Source of the DNA: Candidatus Anoxychlamydiales bacterium
Lineage (GTDB): Bacteria > Chlamydiota > Chlamydiia > Chlamydiales > SM23-39
Assembly (NCBI GenBank): GCA_011064875.1
Contig: JAAKFV010000001.1
Span: 1 to 62,133, forward strand
Length of the DNA: 62,133 bases
Reading direction: 5' to 3'
The position numbers and the translations under genes are program-made. This document shows positions 29,440 to 39,689 of the stretch, one piece after another. Under the pieces are notes generated by a model. That model saw only the letters and a program-made list of their open reading frames with translations. It made no database searches and had not been told where the DNA came from. Position 1 is the first letter of the stretch; each line of letters opens with the position of its first letter.

Positions 29440-29452
29440 TCGAAATTAATAA

Positions 29453-30676
29453 TTATTTTTTAGGCCAAATTTTTAATTTTTTCAGCTCGTCTATTACTTT
29501 GTTAGGATCTTGTAATTTTTTATTTATAGAGATTTTTATCGCTTCTTTTAAAAGTTGTCCCATCAAAATACCGGGCTCTATATTGCAAAGCTTTAAATGA
29601 TCTGATTTTACTATAGGGTCGTTATTTTTGATTCTATCTACATAGGGTGTAAGTTTTTTTTGTCTATTTTCATGAATATGAAGAAAATCTTTCCTAATTT
29701 CTGCTTTTATATGAACAGCTAAAATATCAATGACTAGCTCATAATAGTGGTTTGAATAAAAATAAGCCCAACAAAAATCGTCTACTTTACTTTCATCTTT
29801 TATATAGCTTTTACCGAGATCTAAAAAAGTTACAAATTCAATTTCTCTATTAGAGAGTTTTAGATATCTACAAAGCTCTTGCTTTTGCTCTAAATTAAAT
29901 TCTGGAAATAACTCTAAAATGGAGACAATAACAGGAGCTCTATGTGGAAAATCATCAACTAAAAAGAGTCTTTCTTTTACTTCATCTGAGTCAAGTTTTT
30001 TAAGATCAGGAAAAACAGTTTGTAGAAGGTTATATTCAAAAAGCATGATAAGTGCTTTTTTAAATCCTTGATATTGACTCATTTTTGTGAGCTCTTGAAA
30101 AATTCTTTCAATTGCAACAGCTGGAAAAAGTTCATCAGCGTGGGCTATTATCGCTCTTTTGGTCTCTTTTTCTATCTCAAAATTAAACCTTGCGCTCATT
30201 CTTATAGCTCTTATCATTCTTAGTCTATCTTCTTTAATTCTTGAATGGGGATTTCCAATACATCGAATTATTTTTTTATCTAAATCATCTCTACCATTTA
30301 CAAAATCTATGATCTCTTCTTTTATTGGATCATAAAACATTCCATTTATAGTAAAATCTCTTCTTTGAGCATCGATTTCAGGGGAGGAAAACTCTATCTT
30401 AGATGGTCTTCTCCCATCTTTGTATTCAACGTCCTGTCTAAATGTTGCAACTTCATATTGTTTGTTTTTAATGATCACTAAAATTATTCCAAAAGCTTTT
30501 CCAATAGGTATTGTGTGTGAAAATAGAGATTCAACAACCTCTGGAGGAGCACTAGTTGCTAAATCTATATCATCGGATGGGTGATTTAATAAAAAATCTC
30601 GAACCCAGCCTCCTGCAAAATAAGAAATGTAACCTTCTGCTACTAGAGTTTTGACAATAAATTTCGCTTCTTGCAT
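29453..30676 (-). CDS. Class II tRNA nucleotidyltransferase / poly(A) polymerase family (CCA-adding enzyme or PcnB)
   Basis: GGWVRDFLL..DDIDLAT, RDFTINGMF and EDRLRMIRAIR. 407 aa. Confidence 0.8.
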   Translation of the reverse strand: MQEAKFIVKTLVAEGYISYFAGGWVRDFLLNHPSDDIDLATSAPPEVVESLFSHTIPIGKAFGIILVIIKNKQYEVATFRQDVEYKDGRRPSKIEFSSPEIDAQRRDFTINGMFYDPIKEEIIDFVNGRDDLDKKIIRCIGNPHSRIKEDRLRMIRAIRMSARFNFEIEKETKRAIIAHADELFPAVAIERIFQELTKMSQYQGFKKALIMLFEYNLLQTVFPDLKKLDSDEVKERLFLVDDFPHRAPVIVSILELFPEFNLEQKQELCRYLKLSNREIEFVTFLDLGKSYIKDESKVDDFCWAYFYSNHYYELVIDILAVHIKAEIRKDFLHIHENRQKKLTPYVDRIKNNDPIVKSDHLKLCNIEPGILMGQLLKEAIKISINKKLQDPNKVIDELKKLKIWPKK

Positions 30677-30749
30677 AAAATATATCTAAGGTGGCTTAAG
30701 AAATAATTTTTTATGTTACACTCAATTTTTGCAAGATAAAAAGGTTCAA

Positions 30750-32507
30750 ATGTCTAAAAGTATACAAATATTAGATGATAATTTAATTAATAAGATAGCA
30801 GCAGGTGAGGTGATAGAGAGCCCTGTTTCTGCTATCAAAGAGCTTGTTGAAAATTCAATAGATGCAGATGCAAAAAATATAGTAATTGAAGTTAAAAAAT
30901 CTGGTTTAGAGCTAATTAGAGTAGAAGATGATGGAATTGGAATGACAAAAGAAGATGCGTATCTTTGTTTTAAAAGGCACGCTACTTCAAAAATTAAAAC
31001 TTTTGATGATTTAGTAACTGTAGATTCAATGGGTTTTAGAGGAGAGGCTTTAGCTTCTATTGCAGCTGTTTCTAAAATAGAGATAAAAACATCTATAGAT
31101 AACATTGCAACTCATTTGAAATTAGATAGATCTAAAATTATTTTTGAAAAAGAGATAGCTAGAACAAAAGGTACGACAATAGACATAAAATCTCTATTTT
31201 TTAACGTGCCTGTTAGGAAAAAATTTCAAAAGACTTTAAGCCATTTAAATTCAGAGATAATAAAAGTTATAAATAATCTATCACTTACTCGGCCAGATAT
31301 TGGTTTTAAACTGATTTTAAATTCAGATATAAAAATTTCAACAAAACCTCAAGATATTGATAAGAAAACCGCTTTTAAAAATAGGATAAAAAATCTTTTA
31401 GCTAAAGATGTCATGAAAAATGCAATTGAAGTTGATTTTTCAGAAAATAATATTAAAATTTTTGGGTTAATATCTGATCCAAACTTTTCTAGAAAAACAA
31501 AAACGCAGCAATATTTAATAGTTAATAATAGAGCAGTTAATAGCTCTATTATTTCAAAATTTATAAAAGAGGCTTACTTTACAAGGATTCAAGAAAGTGA
31601 ATATCCAGTTTTTGCACTTCATATAAAAATGCCTTTTCATTTTGTAGATGTAAATGTGCATCCTCAAAAAAAGGAAATTAGAATTAGAGAGCTTATTTTT
31701 ATAAAACAAGCAATAAAAAATGCTATAGATAATGCTTTTGAAAAAAAATTTCAAAAAGATGAAAAAAGTGTAGATAATAACTCTTTTTCAGCTGATTTTA
31801 ACTTTACTAAGCCAAAGATAAAGAATGAAAATTTTTCTTTTGAAGAGATCAAAAAAGAAAATATTTTTAAAAATTTTGAAAAACAACTGATTTTTGAGAA
31901 ATTTTATGATATCGAAAGTTTAGATTTAGAATTTTTGAAAATAGATCATTTTATTTTTATCGAAACTAAATTTTTGAAAGGATTTTTAGATATTGAAGAG
32001 GATGAAAAAATTGTAGTTTTTGATTTAAGCTCAATTTTTTTAATGTCTCTTTTTGAAAAGATAAAAAATAAAGAAAAATTATTAAAACTCCAAACTCTTT
32101 TAGTTCCGATAAGTATATCACTAAATTTAGCTGATATCTTATTTGTAGAAGAAAATATACAAAAATTTTTAGATTTGGGGTTCGATGTAAGGGTAATTTC
32201 TAAAGATCAAATCTTAATTGATGCAACCTTTCAAATGCTTGAAAAAGAAAATATAAAAGAGCTGTTTTTCTTAATTTTAGAGGATTTAAAACATTTGAAT
32301 TCAACAAGTCTTATGGACAAAACTTATGAAAAAAAATTAGCAACTCAAATTTCTAAGATAGCGAAAACTAAAAGCTACACAGATGAAGAAGCTATTGATC
32401 TTCTATCTTTATTCATAAAAAATAAAAGTGCAAATGTAGATCCTCTGGGGCAGAGTATCTTTAAAAAATTAAATAAAAATGGTATTGAAAAGATTTTAAA
32501 AGGTTAA
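30750..32507 (+). CDS. mutL: DNA mismatch repair protein MutL
   Basis: IAAGEVIESPVSAIKELVENSIDA, DDGIGM, GFRGEAL and VNVHPQKKEIR. The track start 30729 is a TTG. ATG 30750 has an AAAGG RBS. Confidence 0.9.
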   Translation: MSKSIQILDDNLINKIAAGEVIESPVSAIKELVENSIDADAKNIVIEVKKSGLELIRVEDDGIGMTKEDAYLCFKRHATSKIKTFDDLVTVDSMGFRGEALASIAAVSKIEIKTSIDNIATHLKLDRSKIIFEKEIARTKGTTIDIKSLFFNVPVRKKFQKTLSHLNSEIIKVINNLSLTRPDIGFKLILNSDIKISTKPQDIDKKTAFKNRIKNLLAKDVMKNAIEVDFSENNIKIFGLISDPNFSRKTKTQQYLIVNNRAVNSSIISKFIKEAYFTRIQESEYPVFALHIKMPFHFVDVNVHPQKKEIRIRELIFIKQAIKNAIDNAFEKKFQKDEKSVDNNSFSADFNFTKPKIKNENFSFEEIKKENIFKNFEKQLIFEKFYDIESLDLEFLKIDHFIFIETKFLKGFLDIEEDEKIVVFDLSSIFLMSLFEKIKNKEKLLKLQTLLVPISISLNLADILFVEENIQKFLDLGFDVRVISKDQILIDATFQMLEKENIKELFFLILEDLKHLNSTSLMDKTYEKKLATQISKIAKTKSYTDEEAIDLLSLFIKNKSANVDPLGQSIFKKLNKNGIEKILKG

Positions 32508-32514
32508 GAAACAG

Positions 32515-33591
32515 ATGAATTATTCAAAAAGATTAAAAAATATTCAAAATTATGTCTTAGAGAAAAATATTGATCTTTTAATACTAGATGATAGCATATC
32601 TTTAATCTATCTATCTGGCCTTCATCTCTCCTATGGTAAACTTTTCATTACAAAAGACAAAACTAAACTTTTTGTAGATGGTAGATATTTGCAAAGAGCT
32701 AAAGAAGACTCTAGTCTAGATGTTGAACTAATTTGTGAAAAAGCTCTTTTAGATTTTATAGTTGAAAACAAACTAAAAAATATTGCTTTCGATAGCTCAA
32801 AATTAAGCTATAGTAGCTATGAAAAACTAAAAAAATTTTTAGAAAAGATAAGAACTAAATGTGATTTAGATATTAAAATTATTCCTGTTTGTAATCCTTT
32901 AAAAGAATTTAGAGCTATTAAAGATGTAGATGAAATTTTGCTACTTAAAAAAGCAGCTAACTTAAATTGGAGAGGATTTGAGCATGTCTGTCTTCTTTTA
33001 AAACAGGGAATCACTGAAAAAGAGATCGCTTTTGAATACGAGATGTTTGTTAAAAAAAATGGAGCAGATAAATTATCTTTTGATCCTATTGTAGCTTTTG
33101 GTAAAAATAGCGCCATGCCTCACTATAAAACATCTACAGCAAAATTAGAGCTAAATGATCTTGTTTTAATGGATATAGGCGTTGAAATACAAAATTATCA
33201 ATCAGATATGACAAGAGTTATTTTTTTTGGCACTCCAGACCCAAAATTAGAAAAGATTTATTCTGTAACGAAAAAAACACAAGCAGCAGCACTATCTCAA
33301 TGCAGGCCTGGAGTAAAATTAAAAGAATTAGATTTAGCTGCCAGAAAAGTATTGAAAGAAGAAAATTTTGAAAATTTTTTCGTGCACTCATTAGGACACG
33401 GAGTTGGACTGGAGATCCATGAATTTCCTAGAATAAAATTCGATACAGAAGACAAGGATGTTATTTTGAAACCAGGTATGGTGATAACAATAGAGCCTGG
33501 AATATATCTTCCAAATGTAGGTGGCACTAGATACGAAGATACAATTATAATTACTCAAAGTGGATATGAAAATTTCTATAGTATTAGCTAA
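32515..33591 (+). CDS. M24-family Xaa-Pro aminopeptidase/dipeptidase
   Basis: Creatinase-like N-domain followed by the pita-bread blocks DIGV..YQSDMTR, HSLGHGVGLEIHE, ITIEPGIY and YEDT. Confidence 0.85.
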   Translation: MNYSKRLKNIQNYVLEKNIDLLILDDSISLIYLSGLHLSYGKLFITKDKTKLFVDGRYLQRAKEDSSLDVELICEKALLDFIVENKLKNIAFDSSKLSYSSYEKLKKFLEKIRTKCDLDIKIIPVCNPLKEFRAIKDVDEILLLKKAANLNWRGFEHVCLLLKQGITEKEIAFEYEMFVKKNGADKLSFDPIVAFGKNSAMPHYKTSTAKLELNDLVLMDIGVEIQNYQSDMTRVIFFGTPDPKLEKIYSVTKKTQAAALSQCRPGVKLKELDLAARKVLKEENFENFFVHSLGHGVGLEIHEFPRIKFDTEDKDVILKPGMVITIEPGIYLPNVGGTRYEDTIIITQSGYENFYSIS

Positions 33592-34462
33592 TAGGAAGTT
33601 TGATTTTACATTTTATATCTGTATTTTTATCAAAACCTACAAATATTTTTTCATTTGATCTAGTAATAGAATTTGAAAAATCAAAGAGTTTTAGACTCTT
33701 TTCATCAATAGTATGACCATTTTTCTGACATATGCTTAAAACATTTTGAGAAGTTAGATTTTTTGGGGGATACTCTATTTGTAATTGATAAATCTCATTT
33801 GATATTTTTTTATTAAAAAAAGTGCTAAGTAATTCTTTAGATGCATCTTTCATTGGAATTTGCTCTCTTGAATTTTCAATTTTCACAAAATCTAATAAAG
33901 ATGGACAGCCAATCTTTTTTTCAAAATCATAAAATTTTGTTCCTTTGATAATTTTATAGTAGCTATTTTTTAAAGAGCCATCTTTTAATATTAGGGTTTC
34001 AAAATTTAAATCTTGTTTTTTCTCAATTTGATTTTCAAATGCTGTTAAAATATTATTTAAAAGGACATTTTCAAAGCCTTTTTTATAAAAACTTTGATTT
34101 GAATACAGAGTCTTTATTAAAGATGCGATCAGATTATACGTATCTTTTTGTTTCTCTTTTTTTTCTATCGCTAGTTGATAGATATTGATTTTGGCATTTT
34201 CAGGATGAATTTTTCTATTTTTTTCTTTTTTTTCTTCAGTAGTTTTTTCTTGTTCAGCATTTGTTCTTTGCTTAGATTTAACCCTCTCTTTTAAATGATC
34301 AAAATAATATTTTTCATACGCATTTGTAGCTTTTCTAGAAGATTTCATATAACCTGAAAAACTTCTAGATATATAGCCATCAGATAAATGTTTTTTTGAA
34401 AGAGTATTTGTCGTTATCGCAAAGATCATCAAAAGCCCAGCTATAAATGCTACAATATTCAT
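33584..34462 (-). CDS. Hypothetical N-terminally anchored protein, last gene of a pseudopilin-like operon
   Basis: N-terminal TM segment (IVAFIAGLLMIFAITT) followed by a Lys/Glu-rich coil. Same strand as, and 25 nt downstream of, the pseudopilin-like gene. Confidence 0.45.
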   Translation of the reverse strand: MNIVAFIAGLLMIFAITTNTLSKKHLSDGYISRSFSGYMKSSRKATNAYEKYYFDHLKERVKSKQRTNAEQEKTTEEKKEKNRKIHPENAKINIYQLAIEKKEKQKDTYNLIASLIKTLYSNQSFYKKGFENVLLNNILTAFENQIEKKQDLNFETLILKDGSLKNSYYKIIKGTKFYDFEKKIGCPSLLDFVKIENSREQIPMKDASKELLSTFFNKKISNEIYQLQIEYPPKNLTSQNVLSICQKNGHTIDEKSLKLFDFSNSITRSNEKIFVGFDKNTDIKCKIKLPIS

Positions 34463-34487
34463 AAAAAAATATCTTCTTTAAATGCTG

Positions 34488-35111
34488 TCACATCTTAACA
34501 TGTCTAGCTGGTAGAAAAAAAGCAAAATCTAAATTATTATTAAGTTTAATTTTGATAGCTGAGGGGAGAAATTCGGCTTTTTTAGGCCAAAATTTATACC
34601 AACAAATATTTTTTGAAACCCCATCTAGTTTATATTTTTTAAGCTTTAAATCGCTATTTGATAAAAATTCATATTCAATTTTCTTAACATTTTTTAATAG
34701 AATTTCAACTCTAGGTTTTTGATTTTCATCTCTTGAAGTAGTCTCAAGGCATAAATTTTTATTCTCATTAACGAAGAGTTTAGCTTTTAAAACTAGACTA
34801 AAATTAGCATCACTATCGATTTTATTATCATAACTTATATATAAAATAAGACCTTTAGTGTTTTGAGCATTTTTTGTATAAAATGGGCTGCTTGTTATAA
34901 AATCACCTTGATAAATATTTGAAAATACTTGGGTTAGCCTTATTTGAGCATGGTTGATTGCTAAAATTTTTGATTTTTTCTCTTCAATATTTTTCTCTAG
35001 TTTCATAATTTTTGAGAAAAACCCAAATAAAAAAGTAATAATAATAGTTATTAAAAATAAAGATATTATTATCTCAAGTAAAGTAAAGTTATTCTTTTTT
35101 ATTAGTTTCAT
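34488..35111 (-). CDS. Type II secretion / type IV pilus-like minor pseudopilin
   Basis: Prepilin-type N-terminal methylation motif KKNNFTLLEIIISLFLITIIITFLFG (F-T-L-L-E followed by a hydrophobic helix). Confidence 0.6.
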   Translation of the reverse strand: MKLIKKNNFTLLEIIISLFLITIIITFLFGFFSKIMKLEKNIEEKKSKILAINHAQIRLTQVFSNIYQGDFITSSPFYTKNAQNTKGLILYISYDNKIDSDANFSLVLKAKLFVNENKNLCLETTSRDENQKPRVEILLKNVKKIEYEFLSNSDLKLKKYKLDGVSKNICWYKFWPKKAEFLPSAIKIKLNNNLDFAFFLPARHVKM

Positions 35112-35148
35112 GTTTTTTCAAAAATTAAAGTTTTTCCTAAAAATAGCT

Positions 35149-35622
35149 CTATTTAGTTTTGCATATCATTTTATATTCATATTCATATTTTCTTTTTTGA
35201 TCAATCGGTCTTAAAAATATTCTAATAGTCAATAATTTGTATTTTTCATTATCCTTTGTCTCTTTTTCTTTGTTTTTCGAATAAATCTTGTATGATCTTG
35301 CTATTTCTTTGTTGTTGAATGTGACTAATTTATAGGGTTTTAATGTTTCATATGGAGTGGCTTTTTTATTATGAGCTAAATTTTTAGTGAATTTATTTTT
35401 ATCTTTATAGATTTCAAGCTTCAAATCTAAAAAAGTTAGATCAGCTATCCTCTCACATTCAAGTTTTTCTAAAGATTTGATTTGAGATCTAAAAAAATAA
35501 ATTGGATTTCTAATTAAAGGAACTATTAGAAGTGTGACTAAAGCAAAAGCTATAATTACCTCAATTAATAAAAACGATCTTTTGTTTTTATAAAAAAAAA
35601 TTAGACGCTTATTTGACTTCAT
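35149..35622 (-). CDS. Type II secretion / type IV pilus-like minor pseudopilin
   Basis: NKRSFLLIEVIIAFALVTLLIVPL is a prepilin-like motif with the conserved Glu at +5. I prefer ATG 35622 (MKSNKRL..) over the longer track ORF. Confidence 0.55.
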   Translation of the reverse strand: MKSNKRLIFFYKNKRSFLLIEVIIAFALVTLLIVPLIRNPIYFFRSQIKSLEKLECERIADLTFLDLKLEIYKDKNKFTKNLAHNKKATPYETLKPYKLVTFNNKEIARSYKIYSKNKEKETKDNEKYKLLTIRIFLRPIDQKRKYEYEYKMICKTK

Positions 35623-35672
35623 AATAAAAAAATTATATAATTTTAAATAGTTTGTAGAGCAATTTAATACGT

Positions 35673-36641
35673 ATGCAGTTTCAAACCAAAGCATTATATA
35701 ATTTTCTAAGATTTACTTCATGTCATAATAAATCTTCGAGAGTAAAAAAATGGCAAATTGAAGATTTAAGAGTTTTAAAAGAAAAGAAATTATTTGAAAA
35801 TCTTAAAAATCTAAATCTTAATATGGATAAAGAATATTTTTTAAAATATGCAAATGAAGTGGATTCTCCAGAAGAGCTAGTTGATCTTTTAGCAGGGGAA
35901 AAAGAAGGGGAGTCTAAAGATCAAATCTACCTTGTCTTATTCGAGTTATATCGTAGATTCTTATCCGAGAAAAGATGTATATCAATTTTTGCAGATGAAT
36001 TAGATCATAGAATTTTTCTCTACGATACAAATCAGCTCTACAATGATGAGCTTTTACAAAATTCACTTGCTAATTTAAAAAATATTTTAGATAGCAATGT
36101 AGATTTTGGAGTAGATCAAAAAGAAGCTTTTAAAAGCTTACTTCAGTATTTAGCTCATGATTTAGAAAATTTTTTATTCGATTATATCTCTGATCAAATC
36201 GATGCGAAAAACAAAGTTTATGCTCTAGAATTAATAGATGGTTTTTATCCATATATATCTAAAAATCTATGGTTTGATTTTTTAAAAGCAAAATTAAAAG
36301 CTTTAGATGATATCTCATCTTCTAATGAAATTATTGAAAAGATTTTATCTCACTTAAAGCTAAAGCCAAATTTAGATCTCCAATTTAGAATACTCAAATT
36401 TATGGTTGGCCTGGGTGATAGAAAAATTTTTATGAAGACTCTGAAACAAGCTGCTGAGCATCTAAAAAAAGAAGAAGAGCTAAAAAGTATTTTAAATATT
36501 TTAGCAGAATTTTATCTAAGGTTAGATAGAGATGATTTAGAGAAAAAAATTCTAGATATAATAGATCAAAGGTCCAAAATTAAAAGTGATCAAGCTTTAA
36601 AAAAACAAGATATAGATGCAATTTTACAAATTGTTTCTTAA
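35673..36641 (+). CDS. Hypothetical helical protein (322 aa)
   Basis: Long clean ORF with Leu/Lys/Asp-rich, probably all-alpha composition. No motif recognised, and the start codon is uncertain. Confidence 0.45.
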   Translation: MQFQTKALYNFLRFTSCHNKSSRVKKWQIEDLRVLKEKKLFENLKNLNLNMDKEYFLKYANEVDSPEELVDLLAGEKEGESKDQIYLVLFELYRRFLSEKRCISIFADELDHRIFLYDTNQLYNDELLQNSLANLKNILDSNVDFGVDQKEAFKSLLQYLAHDLENFLFDYISDQIDAKNKVYALELIDGFYPYISKNLWFDFLKAKLKALDDISSSNEIIEKILSHLKLKPNLDLQFRILKFMVGLGDRKIFMKTLKQAAEHLKKEEELKSILNILAEFYLRLDRDDLEKKILDIIDQRSKIKSDQALKKQDIDAILQIVS

Positions 36642-36675
36642 TATGAATTTTCAAAGGTAGAATAGCGGATTTTTT

Positions 36676-37425
36676 TTATAAAATTTTAATAGGATTAAAA
36701 TTGATATAATCGGCTGATGCCAAAATATATTTAATATTATTTTTTTCACCAAACATCTTTTTTTCTCTCTTTAAATTATGAAGATGCCCAAAGATGCAAA
36801 TATCAACATTATATTTTTCTAAGAGTTTAGAAACTTTAGAATCTTTTAAATCAGCTGAAATGGGAGGGTAATGAGTCATAACTATTTTAGTCTTAGCATT
36901 TTTATCTAGTTTTTCTAAACTAAGCTTTAGTCTTTCAATTTCTCTTGCAAAAATCTTTTCAGATAGATCCTCTTGAATATTTTCTTGAAGATCTTTTCTT
37001 TGTTTGGGATTGTATACAAAATTGATGTATTCATTAAAATTATACTCAGTAGTATCCCAAAGTCTAGAGCCAGCAATTGAAACATCTCCAAATAAAAGAG
37101 AACTATTTTGAATAAAAGAAATGGATGGAGGAAGAGCTTCTTTTAATTTGCTTGCTGATGGCCACCAATAGTCGTGATTACCTCTTATTATTACTTTTTT
37201 GCCTGGTAGTTCATGTATCCATTCTAAGTCAAGTAGAGCATCCTTTAATTTGATCGCCCAACAGATATCTCCTGGAACTAATACTAAATCATTATCAGTT
37301 ACAGTTTTTTCCCAATTACTTTTTATTTTTTCTTGATAATTTTCCCAAGTCTTACCAAAATCTTTCATGTCTTTTTCAGGAGTTGATATTGATAGATGTA
37401 GATCTGAAATAGCAAAAATTTGCAT
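36676..37425 (-). CDS. Calcineurin-like metallophosphoesterase
   Basis: ISDLHL, PGDICWA, RGNHDYW, THYPP and FGHLHN form the ordered metallophosphoesterase motif set. Confidence 0.75.
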   Translation of the reverse strand: MQIFAISDLHLSISTPEKDMKDFGKTWENYQEKIKSNWEKTVTDNDLVLVPGDICWAIKLKDALLDLEWIHELPGKKVIIRGNHDYWWPSASKLKEALPPSISFIQNSSLLFGDVSIAGSRLWDTTEYNFNEYINFVYNPKQRKDLQENIQEDLSEKIFAREIERLKLSLEKLDKNAKTKIVMTHYPPISADLKDSKVSKLLEKYNVDICIFGHLHNLKREKKMFGEKNNIKYILASADYINFNPIKIL

Positions 37426-37427
37426 AT

Positions 37428-38723
37428 TTAAAATTCAAAGTTGTCCGGCAGTATTGTTCCTGCTGTTATTACAATTATACTATCTCGAACGTAGATATTT
37501 TCGCTATCATAAGAAGTTAAATTTTCTTTATTGATTAATTTTACATTATTTCCAATTTTTACATGTTCATCGATTATTGTTTTTTCAATTCTGCAGTTTT
37601 CTCCAATTTCAAAAATATCCGGTAAAACATCTTTTGTTTGCTCGGGAGATGTATAAGTGGAGTTTCCAAGAAAAACGCTATCTTTGATTATTGTGCCTTT
37701 TTTTATTTTTGTTCTAAGACCGATCATTGAGTGATTTATCTCTTCAGCTTCAATAACTGAGCCTTCACAAATTATTGAATTTGTTATTTTTGTAGTTTTT
37801 ATATTTGCACCAGGAAGATGATGTGCACAGGTATATATTGGATTTTTTTCATCGTATATTTTAAGACCTAAATTAGATGTTGTAAGAGCAAGATTTGCAT
37901 CATAAAATGATTTTATAGTTCCAATATCTTCCCAATATCCATCGTAAACAAAAGAGGCAGCTTTTCCTTTGTTTAACTGTGTTGGAATTAGATGTTTTCC
38001 GAAATCTTCTCTTGGGTCTTCTAAAAGTAATGTTTTTAGAGCATTTCTTTTAAAGATATAGATGCCCATTGATCCTAAAAAAGGTTTTTCTTTTGTGATT
38101 TTACATTCTTTATCGATGGTTTCATCTAACCTGAAATTATCTAAAATCTCTTTTTCTTGGGGTTTTTCAAAAAAATCTACTATATATGAATCTTTATTGA
38201 TTTTTAAAAGCCCTAACCTTTTTGCATCTTGTTCGCTAACAGGAAGAGATGCTATCGTTAAATCTGCATCTTTTTCTTTAGCAAAGCTAAACATCTTTTG
38301 AAAATCTATATTATAGAGTTGATCTCCAGAGAGAATTAAAAAGAAATCAACAGGAAGCTCTAGAATTTTATCTAAGTTTTTTCTAATTGCATCTGCTGTA
38401 CCATCAAAAAAAACTCTCTCACCATTTGGTTTTTCTTCAGGAGTTATTAAATCTAATCTTCCTGGAAAAAAATTATCAAATTGATAGGTTTGAGATAGAT
38501 GATGGCCTATCTCTGTTGTTAGATATTGTCCTATAACGAGTATTTGACGAATATTGGAGTTTAGTGAGTTAGATATCGGAATATCTATTAGTCTATATCT
38601 TCCTCCATATGAAACAGCAGGCTTTGAGTGATAGAGCGTTAATGGATGAAGCCGCGTTCCCTTGCCGCCAGCTAAAATAATACTGGCAATATTGTGATGC
38701 TTCATTGTTGTTTCAAATAGCAT
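37428..38723 (-). CDS. glgC: Glucose-1-phosphate adenylyltransferase
   Basis: ILAGGKGTRLHPLTLYHSKPAV, GTADAI, FEKP, WEDIGT and C-terminal left-handed beta-helix repeats. Confidence 0.9.
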   Translation of the reverse strand: MLFETTMKHHNIASIILAGGKGTRLHPLTLYHSKPAVSYGGRYRLIDIPISNSLNSNIRQILVIGQYLTTEIGHHLSQTYQFDNFFPGRLDLITPEEKPNGERVFFDGTADAIRKNLDKILELPVDFFLILSGDQLYNIDFQKMFSFAKEKDADLTIASLPVSEQDAKRLGLLKINKDSYIVDFFEKPQEKEILDNFRLDETIDKECKITKEKPFLGSMGIYIFKRNALKTLLLEDPREDFGKHLIPTQLNKGKAASFVYDGYWEDIGTIKSFYDANLALTTSNLGLKIYDEKNPIYTCAHHLPGANIKTTKITNSIICEGSVIEAEEINHSMIGLRTKIKKGTIIKDSVFLGNSTYTSPEQTKDVLPDIFEIGENCRIEKTIIDEHVKIGNNVKLINKENLTSYDSENIYVRDSIIVITAGTILPDNFEF

Positions 38724-38831
38724 GTAAAAATAATGATGTTTTTTCTACCCCTAAAACTGCAACGTAATCAATAAATAATTACAAATCAATATATTTTTGA
38801 AATTAAGCTGAAAATAATCTTTTTTGTTAAT

Positions 38832-39689
38832 TTATTTAGATAACGCTTTATTTAGAATGCTTTTAGCATTATAACTAGATCGAACATAAGGAGCTGCATA
38901 GATATTTTTCACAAAAATCTTCTTTGCAAAATCTTTATATTCTTGAAACTCTTTAGGAGTTATAAAAGATTTAATTGGATATTTTTTATTATTAGGAGAT
39001 AGGTATTGGCCTATTGTTATTATATCAACTCCTGCTTCTTTTAGATCTTTGATGGTTTGAAAAACTTCCTTTTTAGTTTCTCCAACCCCTACCATCAAAC
39101 CCGATTTAACAAACTTTACTTTTTTTGATTCTTTTGCATATTTTAAAATCTTTAAACTATTGGAGTAAGTGGCTTTATGTCTTATTTTTGGAGAAATCCT
39201 TTCAACAGTTTCTATGTTATAATTAAAAATATCTACTTCTTGATCCAAAACAAGATCAATTAAATCAAATCTACAAGAAAAATCAGATGTTAGAGTTTCT
39301 ATAGTAGATTCTGGGTTTAATTTTTTTACCTCTTGAATTATTTTGCACAAGTGATTTGCTCCTTCATCTTCTAGGTCATCTCTTGCGACCATAGTTATAA
39401 CTATGTGTCTAAGTTCTAATATTTTAGCAGACTTTGCAATATTAAAAGGTTCTAATGGATCGGGCTTTTTTGGCTTTTTTGCAAAATCTATATCACAAAA
39501 AGAACAGGCTCTTGTACATTCTTTTCCTAAAGCTAAAAAAGTTGCTGTTTTTTTTGAAAAACACTCAAATCTATTTGGACAATTAGCTTCTGTACATACA
39601 GTATGTAGGTTATGTTTTTTTATAGTTTCAATAGTTTTATTAAGTGGTCCGATAGGGAGTTTTTTTCTTAAAAATTCTGGAAAATTCAT
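38832..39689 (-). CDS. lipA: Lipoyl synthase (radical SAM)
   Basis: N-terminal cluster CTEANCPNRFEC and radical-SAM CTRACSFCDI. Its ATG overlaps the lpdA stop by 4 nt. Confidence 0.9.
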   Translation of the reverse strand: MNFPEFLRKKLPIGPLNKTIETIKKHNLHTVCTEANCPNRFECFSKKTATFLALGKECTRACSFCDIDFAKKPKKPDPLEPFNIAKSAKILELRHIVITMVARDDLEDEGANHLCKIIQEVKKLNPESTIETLTSDFSCRFDLIDLVLDQEVDIFNYNIETVERISPKIRHKATYSNSLKILKYAKESKKVKFVKSGLMVGVGETKKEVFQTIKDLKEAGVDIITIGQYLSPNNKKYPIKSFITPKEFQEYKDFAKKIFVKNIYAAPYVRSSYNAKSILNKALSK

